From contig CAWDTM010000008.1 of NCBI GenBank assembly GCA_963805305.1, forward strand, positions 50,679 to 114,678: a stretch of DNA of 64,000 nt. Direction: 5' to 3'. Shown piece after piece: positions 26,528 to 34,597 of the stretch. Under the pieces are notes generated by a model. The model was not told where the DNA came from, did no database searches, and worked only from the letters and a program-made list of their open reading frames with translations. The stretch is from an uncultured Chloroflexia bacterium (lineage in GTDB: Bacteria; Chloroflexota; Limnocylindria; QHBO01). Both the position numbers and the translations under genes were made by a program. The first letter of the stretch is position 1. Every line of letters begins with the position of its first letter.

Positions 26528-27823
26528 TCAGAACAGGCGAAGCAGCGCGGCGAGGAGATCGGTCGGGCGAATCTGCGCGGCCAGGCCGCGTGCCAGGCGT
26601 TCGAGCGTCGGGGCGAGGCGTGCCCGGAACGCCGTGAGACGAGGATCGATCCCGAGCCGCGAGCCGGCATCGCGGGCCAGGGTCGCGTCGAGGGCGGCGA
26701 CCTCGGATGGGCTGGTCGCCACCCGGCCGGACGTCACACCGCCGGACGCGCTGCCGGCGATGTCCCACGGGTCCGCCCATTCCAGGGGTCCCGAGGTCCC
26801 GATCATTGCGTGCGATGGACCCACCGTCGCAGCGGTGGGAACCGGTTCGGCGACCACCGGGGTCGGATGCGCCGGCGGTGGTGGCGGTGGAGCGCTGGCG
26901 TGGGCGACCGTCAGTTGGCCGCCGCCGGGCAGCTGCTGGTCAGGTGGTGGGATGGGCAGAGGCGTCGGGACCGGCGTCGGTCGGGGGGTTGCGGTCGGGA
27001 ACGCCGTTGGTGTCGGTGCGACGGTCGGCGACGGCGTGGCGGTCACCGCGGCCGTGGGTGCCGCCGTCGGGGTGGCCGAGCCACTGGCCGTTGCCGTCGG
27101 CGACGCGGTCGGGACCGGAGACGGCGTCGCCGTTGTCGTGGGGGCGGGGGGTGTTGCCGTGGGCGCCGGTGTTGGTGTCGCCGGTGCTGGTGTCGGCGAC
27201 GTGCCAGGCGCACCGGTGACCGTCACCCCCGGGTAGTAGTAGGCGAGGATGATCTGCGAGGCCGTAAGGCCGGCGAGCCCGCACGCCTGGGTGCCCCACT
27301 GGTAGGCCTTCCAGCCGTTGGCGTTCGCTCCGCACGCCTCGCCGATGTCGCCCGCGTTGTAGTACGTCGGGAAGATGTGCCCGCTCTTGTAGACGCGCCA
27401 GGACCAGGTGTCGTCAACCGCCGCCGCCGCCGTGCTCCACGTCGTCCGTGATGGATCGTAGACCTGGTCCCAGGTGTCGTCGCGCAGGTCGAAGCACTGC
27501 CCGTCGGCGTTGACCCCGCCGCGCCAGTGGAGGACCTGGTACCAGGCGTAGTTGCGCACGGCGAGCGCTCCCGAGCGCAGGGACTCCGTGGTCCAGGAGC
27601 CGATCCACTCGCGGGAGAGCACGTTCCTGGCGTAGGTCTTGAAGTCCACGGTATCGACCGCACCGCTGACATGCCGATACACGCGGATCGTGGGTGGTGG
27701 TGTCGACTCGCTGCTCCACGAGGAGCAGGACGAGGCGGCAACCGGGGACAGGGTGCCGGGCAGCAGCCCTCCGGAGAGCGTGGCGACCGCGAACAGGGCG
27801 CTCGCGACGATGCGGCGTGCCAT
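26528..27823 (-). CDS. Secreted SpoIID/LytB domain protein with Pro/Thr-rich linker
   Basis: Signal peptide, Y..NVLSREW...W..ESL..GALAVRNYA, DQVY, ILAYYYPG, followed by a long PT-rich region. Confidence 0.8.
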   Translation of the reverse strand: MARRIVASALFAVATLSGGLLPGTLSPVAASSCSSWSSESTPPPTIRVYRHVSGAVDTVDFKTYARNVLSREWIGSWTTESLRSGALAVRNYAWYQVLHWRGGVNADGQCFDLRDDTWDQVYDPSRTTWSTAAAAVDDTWSWRVYKSGHIFPTYYNAGDIGEACGANANGWKAYQWGTQACGLAGLTASQIILAYYYPGVTVTGAPGTSPTPAPATPTPAPTATPPAPTTTATPSPVPTASPTATASGSATPTAAPTAAVTATPSPTVAPTPTAFPTATPRPTPVPTPLPIPPPDQQLPGGGQLTVAHASAPPPPPPAHPTPVVAEPVPTAATVGPSHAMIGTSGPLEWADPWDIAGSASGGVTSGRVATSPSEVAALDATLARDAGSRLGIDPRLTAFRARLAPTLERLARGLAAQIRPTDLLAALLRLF

Positions 27824-27882
27824 CTGGGTCGACCGTACAGGTCACCCGACCGCACCAGAAGCCACCAATGGTCCTAGGCCGA

Positions 27883-28761
27883 TCAGCCGCTCGCCCAGCG
27901 GTGGACTCGCTCCCGTACACGGTCGAAGCCCAGGTCGGCGCAGAGTGCGACGAAGGTATCCCTCGGAACGCCGGCCCAGGCGAGGTCGTCGAGCGTGCCG
28001 ACAATGGACGCATCGCGGTTCAGCGTCGCCAGCCGACGGAAGAGCAGCGCGTCCGCGCGTTGATCGCGCAGGGTGGCGGCCAGGCGGCTCGCCCCGCGAA
28101 GGGGGATCTCCCAGTCGAGCGGGGATTCGGGGATCGCCTCGAGGCGGCCGAACCGGCCCAGCACGGCCGCGGTGCTCTTCGCACCCCAGCCGGGCAGGCC
28201 GGGATAGCCGTCGGAGCTGTCGCCAACGAGGGCGAGGTAATCCGGGATCGACGCGGGCCGGACGCCCCATTTCTCGACCACTCCCGCCTCATCGTACGTG
28301 ACCCGTCGCATCCGGTCGCGCAGCACGACTCGCCCGTCGTCGACGCACTGGGCAAGATCCTTGTCCACCGAGCAGATGACGATCTGCTCGAGGCGCGCAT
28401 CGGCCCCGAACCGGGCGACCGCGGTGGCGATCCCGTCGTCGGCCTCGTCCTCCACCATGGGCCAGGTCGCGATGCCCAGGGAGCGCAGGGCGCGCTCGGC
28501 GTCCGCGAACTGGGCCAGGAGCTCCTCGGGGACGCCGACGCTGCTCTTGTACGGCGGGTAGATGTCGTTCCGCCAGGACTCGATGACATGATCGGTCGCC
28601 GCCGCGACGTGGGTCACGTCGGGCTCCCGCAGCAGCGAGAGCATGGAGTCGATGAGCCCGCGCACGGCGTTCACCGGCCTCCCGTCGGGTCCTCGCTCGG
28701 CTGGATGCGAGAAATACGCGCGGAACAGCTCGAAGGTCGCGTCGACGAGGTGGAGCTTCAT
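27883..28761 (-). CDS. 5'-3' exonuclease / flap endonuclease (stand-alone PolI N-terminal domain)
   Basis: ATG 28761. LHLVDA, EADD, SVDKDLAQ, LVGDSSDGYPGLPGWGAKS (H3TH). Confidence 0.93.
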   Translation of the reverse strand: MKLHLVDATFELFRAYFSHPAERGPDGRPVNAVRGLIDSMLSLLREPDVTHVAAATDHVIESWRNDIYPPYKSSVGVPEELLAQFADAERALRSLGIATWPMVEDEADDGIATAVARFGADARLEQIVICSVDKDLAQCVDDGRVVLRDRMRRVTYDEAGVVEKWGVRPASIPDYLALVGDSSDGYPGLPGWGAKSTAAVLGRFGRLEAIPESPLDWEIPLRGASRLAATLRDQRADALLFRRLATLNRDASIVGTLDDLAWAGVPRDTFVALCADLGFDRVRERVHRWASG

Positions 28762-28832
28762 CCGCCACGCCCCGGGGCGCGCTCGAGCGGGTTCGGGCCG
28801 GGCGCAAACCCTGCCCGCTGCGTGAACGGCAT
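28758..28832 (-). CDS. Putative leaderless upstream peptide (24 aa) coupled to the exonuclease
   Basis: TACCAT (28844-28839), 6 nt, then ATG. Translation MPFTQRAGFAPGPNPLERAPGRGG*. Its TGA overlaps the exonuclease ATG (ATGA). Confidence 0.4.
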   Translation of the reverse strand: MPFTQRAGFAPGPNPLERAPGRGG

Positions 28833-28890
28833 ACCCCGATGGTACGCGGGCCGGTAAGCGGGCAGTAAGCCACGCTGCACGAAGATTGTC

Positions 28891-28971
28891 CCGCAGGGAG
28901 CCGGCGCGGGCGCGTGCCCTGCGAAGGCCGTGACGGATCACCGTCACGGCCGCCGCGCCGGCTCCTCGCGG
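28891..28971. other. Branched RNA/DNA secondary structure 3' of apbE
   Basis: Outer 13-bp stem GGAGCCGGCGCGG/CCGCGCCGGCTCC enclosing an 11-bp hairpin GGCCGTGACGG-ATCA-CCGTCACGGCC. Confidence 0.6.
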
Positions 28972-28982
28972 CCGGCAAATCC

Positions 28983-29963
28983 TCAGGCGCTGCGCCTGCG
29001 TGCGACCGGGCGCTCCCAGATCGTTGCCGCCCGCGCGGCCGGCGTCATCTCGAGGGTTCCGTCCTCGCGCACCCACCATGCCGCAAGCGACCGTGCGCGT
29101 GCCGCCGAGCCGATCCGCGAGGAGCCCGCCAGGAAGAGCGCCTTTGACCAGACCTCGGCCCACGCGGGGTCCGCGAGCGCGACGGTGACGGCGGCGAGGC
29201 CCTCGCCCCCCGGCTCGCCCGTGCGCGGATCGATCAGGTGATGCACCGGGCGCCCGTCCGGAGCCGTCCAGCGTCGAACTGCGGTCGACGAGGTCGCGAC
29301 CGACGCATTGCGCAGCTCGATGACCGCCATCGGCTCGCCGCCACCATGGGGGTCCTCGATCCCGATCCGCCACGGGCCGCCATCCGGCTGGGGGCCGAAG
29401 GCCACGATATCGCCCCCGGCATCGAGCAGCAATCCGGAGCCGGACGGCAGCGCGGAGCGCGCCACCCGGGCCGCCCAGCGCAACCCGAGCCCTTTGCCGA
29501 CGCCCCCGGAGTCGACCGGCTCTGCAACGCGGATGGCCCGCTCCCGGGGACGCCGCTCCAGCCCGCTGCAGGCATCCACCGCGTTACGCGTGTGCGGCAA
29601 TGCCCGCGGTCCGGGGTCGGGAATCTGCACCCCGGCGCGCTCGCCCAGCTCCTCCAGCCTTCGCAGGACGCGGACGTCGAAGCGGCCGGCCGTGACCCGT
29701 TGGGCGCGGGCAGCCATGGCGACCATGGCGTACAGCCGATCGCCCGCTGGCTGCCAGGCACCGGAACCTGCTCCCCGGTTGAGACGGCTCAGCTCGCTCT
29801 CGCTCCGAAAGCGCGACAGCGCCGCCTCCGTGCGTTCCATCTCCTCGACGACGAGCGCCCACGCGCGGTCAGCGCGCGGTCGCCGGCAATGCACCACCAT
29901 GGCGCGCAGGACCGACCCCATGGCGCGCGTCGAGTACTGCTGAACCCGGACTCGTCCGGTCAC
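28983..29963 (-). CDS. apbE: FAD:protein FMN transferase
   Basis: GTG 29963 after GAAGGGAG. AMGS, LSRFRSESELSRLN, DSGGVGKG, DAGGDI, VATS, HHLIDPRTG. No signal peptide or lipobox visible. Confidence 0.92.
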   Translation of the reverse strand: MTGRVRVQQYSTRAMGSVLRAMVVHCRRPRADRAWALVVEEMERTEAALSRFRSESELSRLNRGAGSGAWQPAGDRLYAMVAMAARAQRVTAGRFDVRVLRRLEELGERAGVQIPDPGPRALPHTRNAVDACSGLERRPRERAIRVAEPVDSGGVGKGLGLRWAARVARSALPSGSGLLLDAGGDIVAFGPQPDGGPWRIGIEDPHGGGEPMAVIELRNASVATSSTAVRRWTAPDGRPVHHLIDPRTGEPGGEGLAAVTVALADPAWAEVWSKALFLAGSSRIGSAARARSLAAWWVREDGTLEMTPAARAATIWERPVARRRSA

Positions 29964-29977
29964 TGGTCTCCCTTCGG

Positions 29978-30409
29978 CTATGGCTTGCCCGATGCTCCGG
30001 TCGTTGCCTGCGTTGCGGGCGCCGTCACGACCACCGTGACGGTCCGGGGTGCCGTCGGCAGCCGTGAGGCGCTCTGCGGGATCCGCGCGGCGGCGCCGGT
30101 GGCGGCCTGCACCTGGGTGGCGAGGGCGGCGACCGATGCCTCGAGGTCCGCGCTGCGCGCCGCTGCCGACCCGTAGGCGCCGGACGCCGCGTTCAGGGAC
30201 TCGACCGTCGCCTGCAGGTCCGTCTCCAGCGATGCCCGGTCGCGCGCGAGTCCCGAGATCGCGTCGGCGAGAGGCTGCTGTGCCGTGCTCGCGACGACAT
30301 CGGCCTGGTGCTGGAGCGCTGTGATGCCGGCAAGCGACACCGCGTACAGGCCTGCCGTAACCCCGAGGGCAATGGGAACGTGGAGCGGGGCCTTCTTCTT
30401 GCCGGGCAT
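29978..30409 (-). CDS. Membrane-anchored coiled-coil protein with C-terminal TGAS flavinylation-like motif
   Basis: ATG 30409 (TGATG overlap). MPGKKK + TM, Ala/Leu heptads, ends APATQATTGASGKP. Confidence 0.75.
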   Translation of the reverse strand: MPGKKKAPLHVPIALGVTAGLYAVSLAGITALQHQADVVASTAQQPLADAISGLARDRASLETDLQATVESLNAASGAYGSAAARSADLEASVAALATQVQAATGAAARIPQSASRLPTAPRTVTVVVTAPATQATTGASGKP

Positions 30410-30855
30410 CAATCGTCGCCCTCGCCACCTTCGCCATACGGCGCGGAGGTTGCGGTTGGAGCGGCGGTCTGGGTCACGACACGCGTCACCGTTGCGGGCG
30501 CGGCCACCGCCTGGGACTCGAGGGCGGCGAGCTTGGCCTGGGCTGCCTTGAGCTGCGCGGCGAGCTGCGCGGCGGCGCCGGCGTCGGTGGTCGCCTTTGA
30601 CTGGGCGGCGGTGAGCGCATCGCTCAGCTGCGCGGCCTGGGCGCTGACCTGGTCGAGCTGCGCACGGAGGGCGGCGCTGCGCGCCTGCTCGTCCCGGAGC
30701 TGGCCCGCCAGGGCCTGTGCGTCGATCGGCTTGGCGGTCAGCGTGGCGTTCGTGCTGGTCCACGCGCTTGCACCGCGCACGACGGCCACGGCGCCAAGGA
30801 GGCTCAGCACGGCGACGATCGCCACCAGGCTACGCCGCGGGGTGTGATCGGACAT
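30409..30855 (-). CDS. Exported coiled-coil protein with acidic Gly tail
   Basis: ATG 30855 after GGAGGA. PRRSL + hydrophobic stretch + ASA, long heptad region, ends GEGGEGDD. Confidence 0.75.
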   Translation of the reverse strand: MSDHTPRRSLVAIVAVLSLLGAVAVVRGASAWTSTNATLTAKPIDAQALAGQLRDEQARSAALRAQLDQVSAQAAQLSDALTAAQSKATTDAGAAAQLAAQLKAAQAKLAALESQAVAAPATVTRVVTQTAAPTATSAPYGEGGEGDD

Positions 30856-31564
30856 CGGATTCCTCCATGAGGTCATGTGCGGGCACCGGCACCAGGACCG
30901 GCGCCCGGCCGGGCAGCTGCGGGACATGGGCACGCCGTTCGGCGCGCCGGCGGACGATCCAGTAGCGGTAGACGGCAGATGCGACGACCACGACCGCGAT
31001 CCCCCAGTAGACGAGCCGAATGGCGCCGGTATCGGTCCCGGAGAGCGCGCCGTGGATCCAGCCCAGGCCAAGGGCCACAGCGGCAAATCGATGCAGCTTC
31101 AACCAGATCCCGGACGGCAGGAGGCGGGTCCAACGAGCGGTCGCCCCGGTGATGAGGGTGGCGTACAGGCCCAGCGATCCCAGGGCCACCGGCACGCTCC
31201 GGTATTTCGAAAGACCGGGGAGCAGCGCGCCCAGGACGTCCACGTTGGCATACGGGTCCAGCAGGATGGCGGCGATGTGCACCCCGAGGAACGCGATGAC
31301 GAAGACCCACAGGGTCTCGTGCCACGGATAGATGCGCTTCGCCTGCTTCCACTGCGCCTGGTCAGGATGGCTCAACGCCAGTCCCAGGACGACCATGACC
31401 GCCAGCAGGACCAGGACCGTGACCCCGGTCGCCCGGGCCGCGAGCCACACGCGCATCTGGGCCTGGTACGGCGTGGCCGGCGGCACGACCTGGTCGGTGA
31501 TGACCAGGATCGCGAGGCCGGCGATGGCGAAGAGGATGGCGAAGGTGCGCGTGCCGAGCTTCAT
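30830..31564 (-). CDS. Ferric reductase-like (MsrQ-type) transmembrane heme protein
   Basis: WLAARATG, four His in TM helices (WHETL, VHIAA, WLKLHRF, WIHGALSGTD). Confidence 0.85.
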   Translation of the reverse strand: MKLGTRTFAILFAIAGLAILVITDQVVPPATPYQAQMRVWLAARATGVTVLVLLAVMVVLGLALSHPDQAQWKQAKRIYPWHETLWVFVIAFLGVHIAAILLDPYANVDVLGALLPGLSKYRSVPVALGSLGLYATLITGATARWTRLLPSGIWLKLHRFAAVALGLGWIHGALSGTDTGAIRLVYWGIAVVVVASAVYRYWIVRRRAERRAHVPQLPGRAPVLVPVPAHDLMEESDVRSHPAA

Positions 31565-31735
31565 GCTCAGTCTGAGGCGCGCGGACGCGCCAAGGTTTCA
31601 GGCTCGTGCCGGACGATCGGCACCCGGGGCTCACATCCGATGGTCCTGCCGCGGCAGCCGAGCCGAATCCCGGCATGCGGGCTTCGCGGCCCTGGCCGAT
31701 CCGCAGGCCCCGCGCCGATATCGCGGGCGGGCAGG

Positions 31736-33484
31736 TCAGACGGCGAGCGGCTCCCGGTATTCGCCGTAGACGCGGCGCAGGATGCCGCACATCTCGCCGA
31801 TGGTGGCGTAGGCCCGCACCGCCTCGACGATGGCCGGCATGAGGTTCACGTCGCCGGCCCGCGCCTCATCCTCCAGGCGGCGCATGGCAGCGGTGTGGGC
31901 CGCCCCATCGCGTTGCGCGCGCGTCCGCGCCAGGCGCTCGAGATGGCGCCGCTCCTGCTCCCCGGTGATCTCGACCAGCGGGATGCGCAGCTCCTCGCTC
32001 GGATCGGCGTAGCGCGTGACCCCCACCAGTTCACGCTCGTGGACCTCCAGCTCTCGCGCCTGCTCGTACGCCGCGTCGGCGATCTCCGCCTGGGGAAATC
32101 CCGCCTCCAGGGCCCTGACCATGCCGCCCATCTCGTCGATGCGGGCGATGTACCGCCATGCGGCCTGCTCCGTGCGGTTCGTGAGCGTCTCCACGAAATA
32201 CGACCCGGCCAGGGGGTCGACGGTGTTTGCCACGCCGGATTCCTCCGCGATGACCTGCTGCTGGCGAAGGGCCAGGAGCGCTGCCTCTTCGGACGGAACC
32301 GCCCATGCCTCGTCGTAGGCATCCGTATGCAGGCTCTGGGTCCCGCCCAGCACCCCGGCGAGGGCCTGGATGGCGACCCGGGTCAGATTGTTGAGCGGCT
32401 GCTGCGCGGTCAGGGACACCCCCGCGGTCTGGGTGTGGAAGCGCATCCAGGTCGATCGTTCGTTCTCCGCCCCGAAGCGTTCGCGGCAGAGCTTGAACCA
32501 GATCCGTCGCGCGGCACGGAACTTCGCGATCTCCTCGAAGAAGTCGTTGTGGCTGTTGAAGAAGAACGAGAGCCGCGGCGCGAAGTCATCGAACCGCAGG
32601 CCGCGCGCCATCGCGTCCTCCGCGTAGGCGATCCCATCGGCGATCGTGAAGGCCAGTTCCTGGACCGCCGTCGATCCGGCCTCGCGGATGTGGTAGCCGG
32701 AGATGCTGATCGTGTTCCAGCGCGGCATCTCGCGGGTGCCCCACTCCACGGTGTCGGTCACGAGCCTGAGCGAGGGGGCCGGCGGGAAGATGTACTCCTT
32801 CTGGGCGATGAACTCCTTGAGGATGTCGTTCTGCAGCGTCCCGGTCAGCTGGGCGCGCGGCACGCCCATCTTCTCGGCGGCGACGACGTACATGGCCCAG
32901 ATCATCGCGGCGGGGGAGTTGATCGTCATGCTGGTGCTGATCTCGCCCACGGGCAGCCCGTCGAGCAGGATCTCCATGTCGGCGAGGCTCGAGACGGCGA
33001 CACCGCAGGTGCCGAACTCGCCCGCGGCGTGCGGATCATCGTGGTCGTACCCGTACAGGGTCGGCATGTCGTAGGCGATCGAGAGCCCTGTCCCACCCTC
33101 CTCGATGAGACGCTTGAACCGCCGGTTCGTGTCCTCCGCGGTCCCGTAGCCGGCGAACATGCGCATCGTCCACGGGCGGCCGCGATGGCCGGTGGGGTGA
33201 ATGCCGCGCGTGAACGGGGGCTCGCCGGGCAGGCCAACGTCGTCGATCTCGTCCCATCCCGCGGCGGCGCCATCGGCGCCCGGGCTGAAGCGGTAGCGGG
33301 GACGTCCCGCATCGGGGTCGTTGGCGGGATCGTGCAGGTCGCTCGGGGTGTAGACCCGGTCGATCTCCACGCCGGACTGGGTGATGAACCGCGCCCGCCG
33401 CTCGCCACCCCGTTCCAGGGCCGGCCGCAACCGTTCGCGCTCCCATGCCTCCTGGTGCTCCGACCACCGCTTCGGATCGCTCAT
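31736..33484 (-). CDS. Methylmalonyl-CoA mutase family, substrate-binding large subunit (isobutyryl-CoA mutase IcmA-like)
   Basis: ATG 33484. [46 protein letters not shown]. No B12-binding domain. Confidence 0.92.
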   Translation of the reverse strand: MSDPKRWSEHQEAWERERLRPALERGGERRARFITQSGVEIDRVYTPSDLHDPANDPDAGRPRYRFSPGADGAAAGWDEIDDVGLPGEPPFTRGIHPTGHRGRPWTMRMFAGYGTAEDTNRRFKRLIEEGGTGLSIAYDMPTLYGYDHDDPHAAGEFGTCGVAVSSLADMEILLDGLPVGEISTSMTINSPAAMIWAMYVVAAEKMGVPRAQLTGTLQNDILKEFIAQKEYIFPPAPSLRLVTDTVEWGTREMPRWNTISISGYHIREAGSTAVQELAFTIADGIAYAEDAMARGLRFDDFAPRLSFFFNSHNDFFEEIAKFRAARRIWFKLCRERFGAENERSTWMRFHTQTAGVSLTAQQPLNNLTRVAIQALAGVLGGTQSLHTDAYDEAWAVPSEEAALLALRQQQVIAEESGVANTVDPLAGSYFVETLTNRTEQAAWRYIARIDEMGGMVRALEAGFPQAEIADAAYEQARELEVHERELVGVTRYADPSEELRIPLVEITGEQERRHLERLARTRAQRDGAAHTAAMRRLEDEARAGDVNLMPAIVEAVRAYATIGEMCGILRRVYGEYREPLAV

Positions 33485-33561
33485 GGAGCGCAGTGTGCGG
33501 GCAAGACCGATGCCGCCGCAACCGGGACCGTGGCGGCGACGACATCGGCGCGGGTGATGGC

Positions 33562-34479
33562 TCAGGCGGCGTCCACCACCCACTTGCGCGGATCGCCCGC
33601 GCCCAGGTCGGTGATCCCCGCCGTTGCCAGCGCGCCCAGGACCAGCGTGCGGCGATGCGCCGCGAACGTCAGCACGTGGGCGATGAGCCCTCCGTACGTA
33701 TAGATCTCCGGTGGGTCGCATTGGGCGTCAACGAAGGTCTCGTCCAGGCGTCCCTCGTCGACCACGCGCCGGACCTCGGCCAGGAAGGCGTCCCCCGACG
33801 ACCGCAGGCGGGTGCGCATGCTCGCAATGGACTCGCCACGCTCGATCGCGAAGTCGTAGTCGCGGCTGGCGATCACGTTGTTCCACATGTCCATCTGGCC
33901 GATGAGACGAGAGAGCAGGGTGCGGAGGGTCGGGTCGTCGTCGACGCCCTCCACGGAGAGAGTGATCGGGGCGTCGAGCGTGGCAGCGTCCAGCCTCGCG
34001 GCACGGTCGACGAGCTCGCCGACCAGCCAGACGTGGTGCTCGACCATGCGGACCAGGAGATGCATCGCGGTTACCTCGGTACGGGCGGGCAGCCGGAGGC
34101 CGCCCGGCGGGTGGAAATGCACGTCGGTGGGACAGGAGAGCTGGATCTGGCCGGGCGCTGCGCGCCAGGCCGAGGGAGCGGACCCGTAGGCGCGCTGGAA
34201 TGCCCGCGTGAACGCCTCGTTCGATCCGTATCCGGCCTCCAGGGCGATCTCCAGAATTCCCGCCCGGCTGGTGATCAGCCGGTAGGCGGCGCGCTCCAGC
34301 AGCACGCGGCGGCGGAAGGTGGCCGGCGGCTCGCCGGCCGTTGCGCTGATGATCCGGTCGAAATGGTGTCGCGAGAGATAGGCCCGCGATGCCAGATCGC
34401 CCGCGTCGAGCTCGAGGTCGTCGAGATCCGACGCCACCGAGTCGACGAAGCCGAGGAAGGTGTCCTGCGCCGTGCTCAT
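33562..34479 (-). CDS. AraC-family HTH regulator with C-terminal DinB-like domain
   Basis: ATG 34479. [36 protein letters not shown]-terminal [11 protein letters not shown]. Confidence 0.85.
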   Translation of the reverse strand: MSTAQDTFLGFVDSVASDLDDLELDAGDLASRAYLSRHHFDRIISATAGEPPATFRRRVLLERAAYRLITSRAGILEIALEAGYGSNEAFTRAFQRAYGSAPSAWRAAPGQIQLSCPTDVHFHPPGGLRLPARTEVTAMHLLVRMVEHHVWLVGELVDRAARLDAATLDAPITLSVEGVDDDPTLRTLLSRLIGQMDMWNNVIASRDYDFAIERGESIASMRTRLRSSGDAFLAEVRRVVDEGRLDETFVDAQCDPPEIYTYGGLIAHVLTFAAHRRTLVLGALATAGITDLGAGDPRKWVVDAA

Positions 34480-34597
34480 GGCCTCATCCTGCGGGTCGCT
34501 GCGGTGTCTTCGCTTGATCGTACTTGCGCAGGTTGCGTCAAGGACGGATTGACCGAACGGTCCATCTCGGCATGTCGGAGCGTCATAATCGCCCGGC

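Noticed and set aside
26960-27215. Repetitive DNA resembling a tandem array or CRISPR
   Set aside because: It encodes the Pro/Thr/Ala linker of the SpoIID-like protein; there is no fixed repeat-spacer structure and no cas genes.
28880-28900. Cobalamin riboswitch fragment (TGTCCCGCA)
   Set aside because: The other conserved elements (AGGGAA, GCCACTG, B12 box) are absent and no B12 gene lies downstream.
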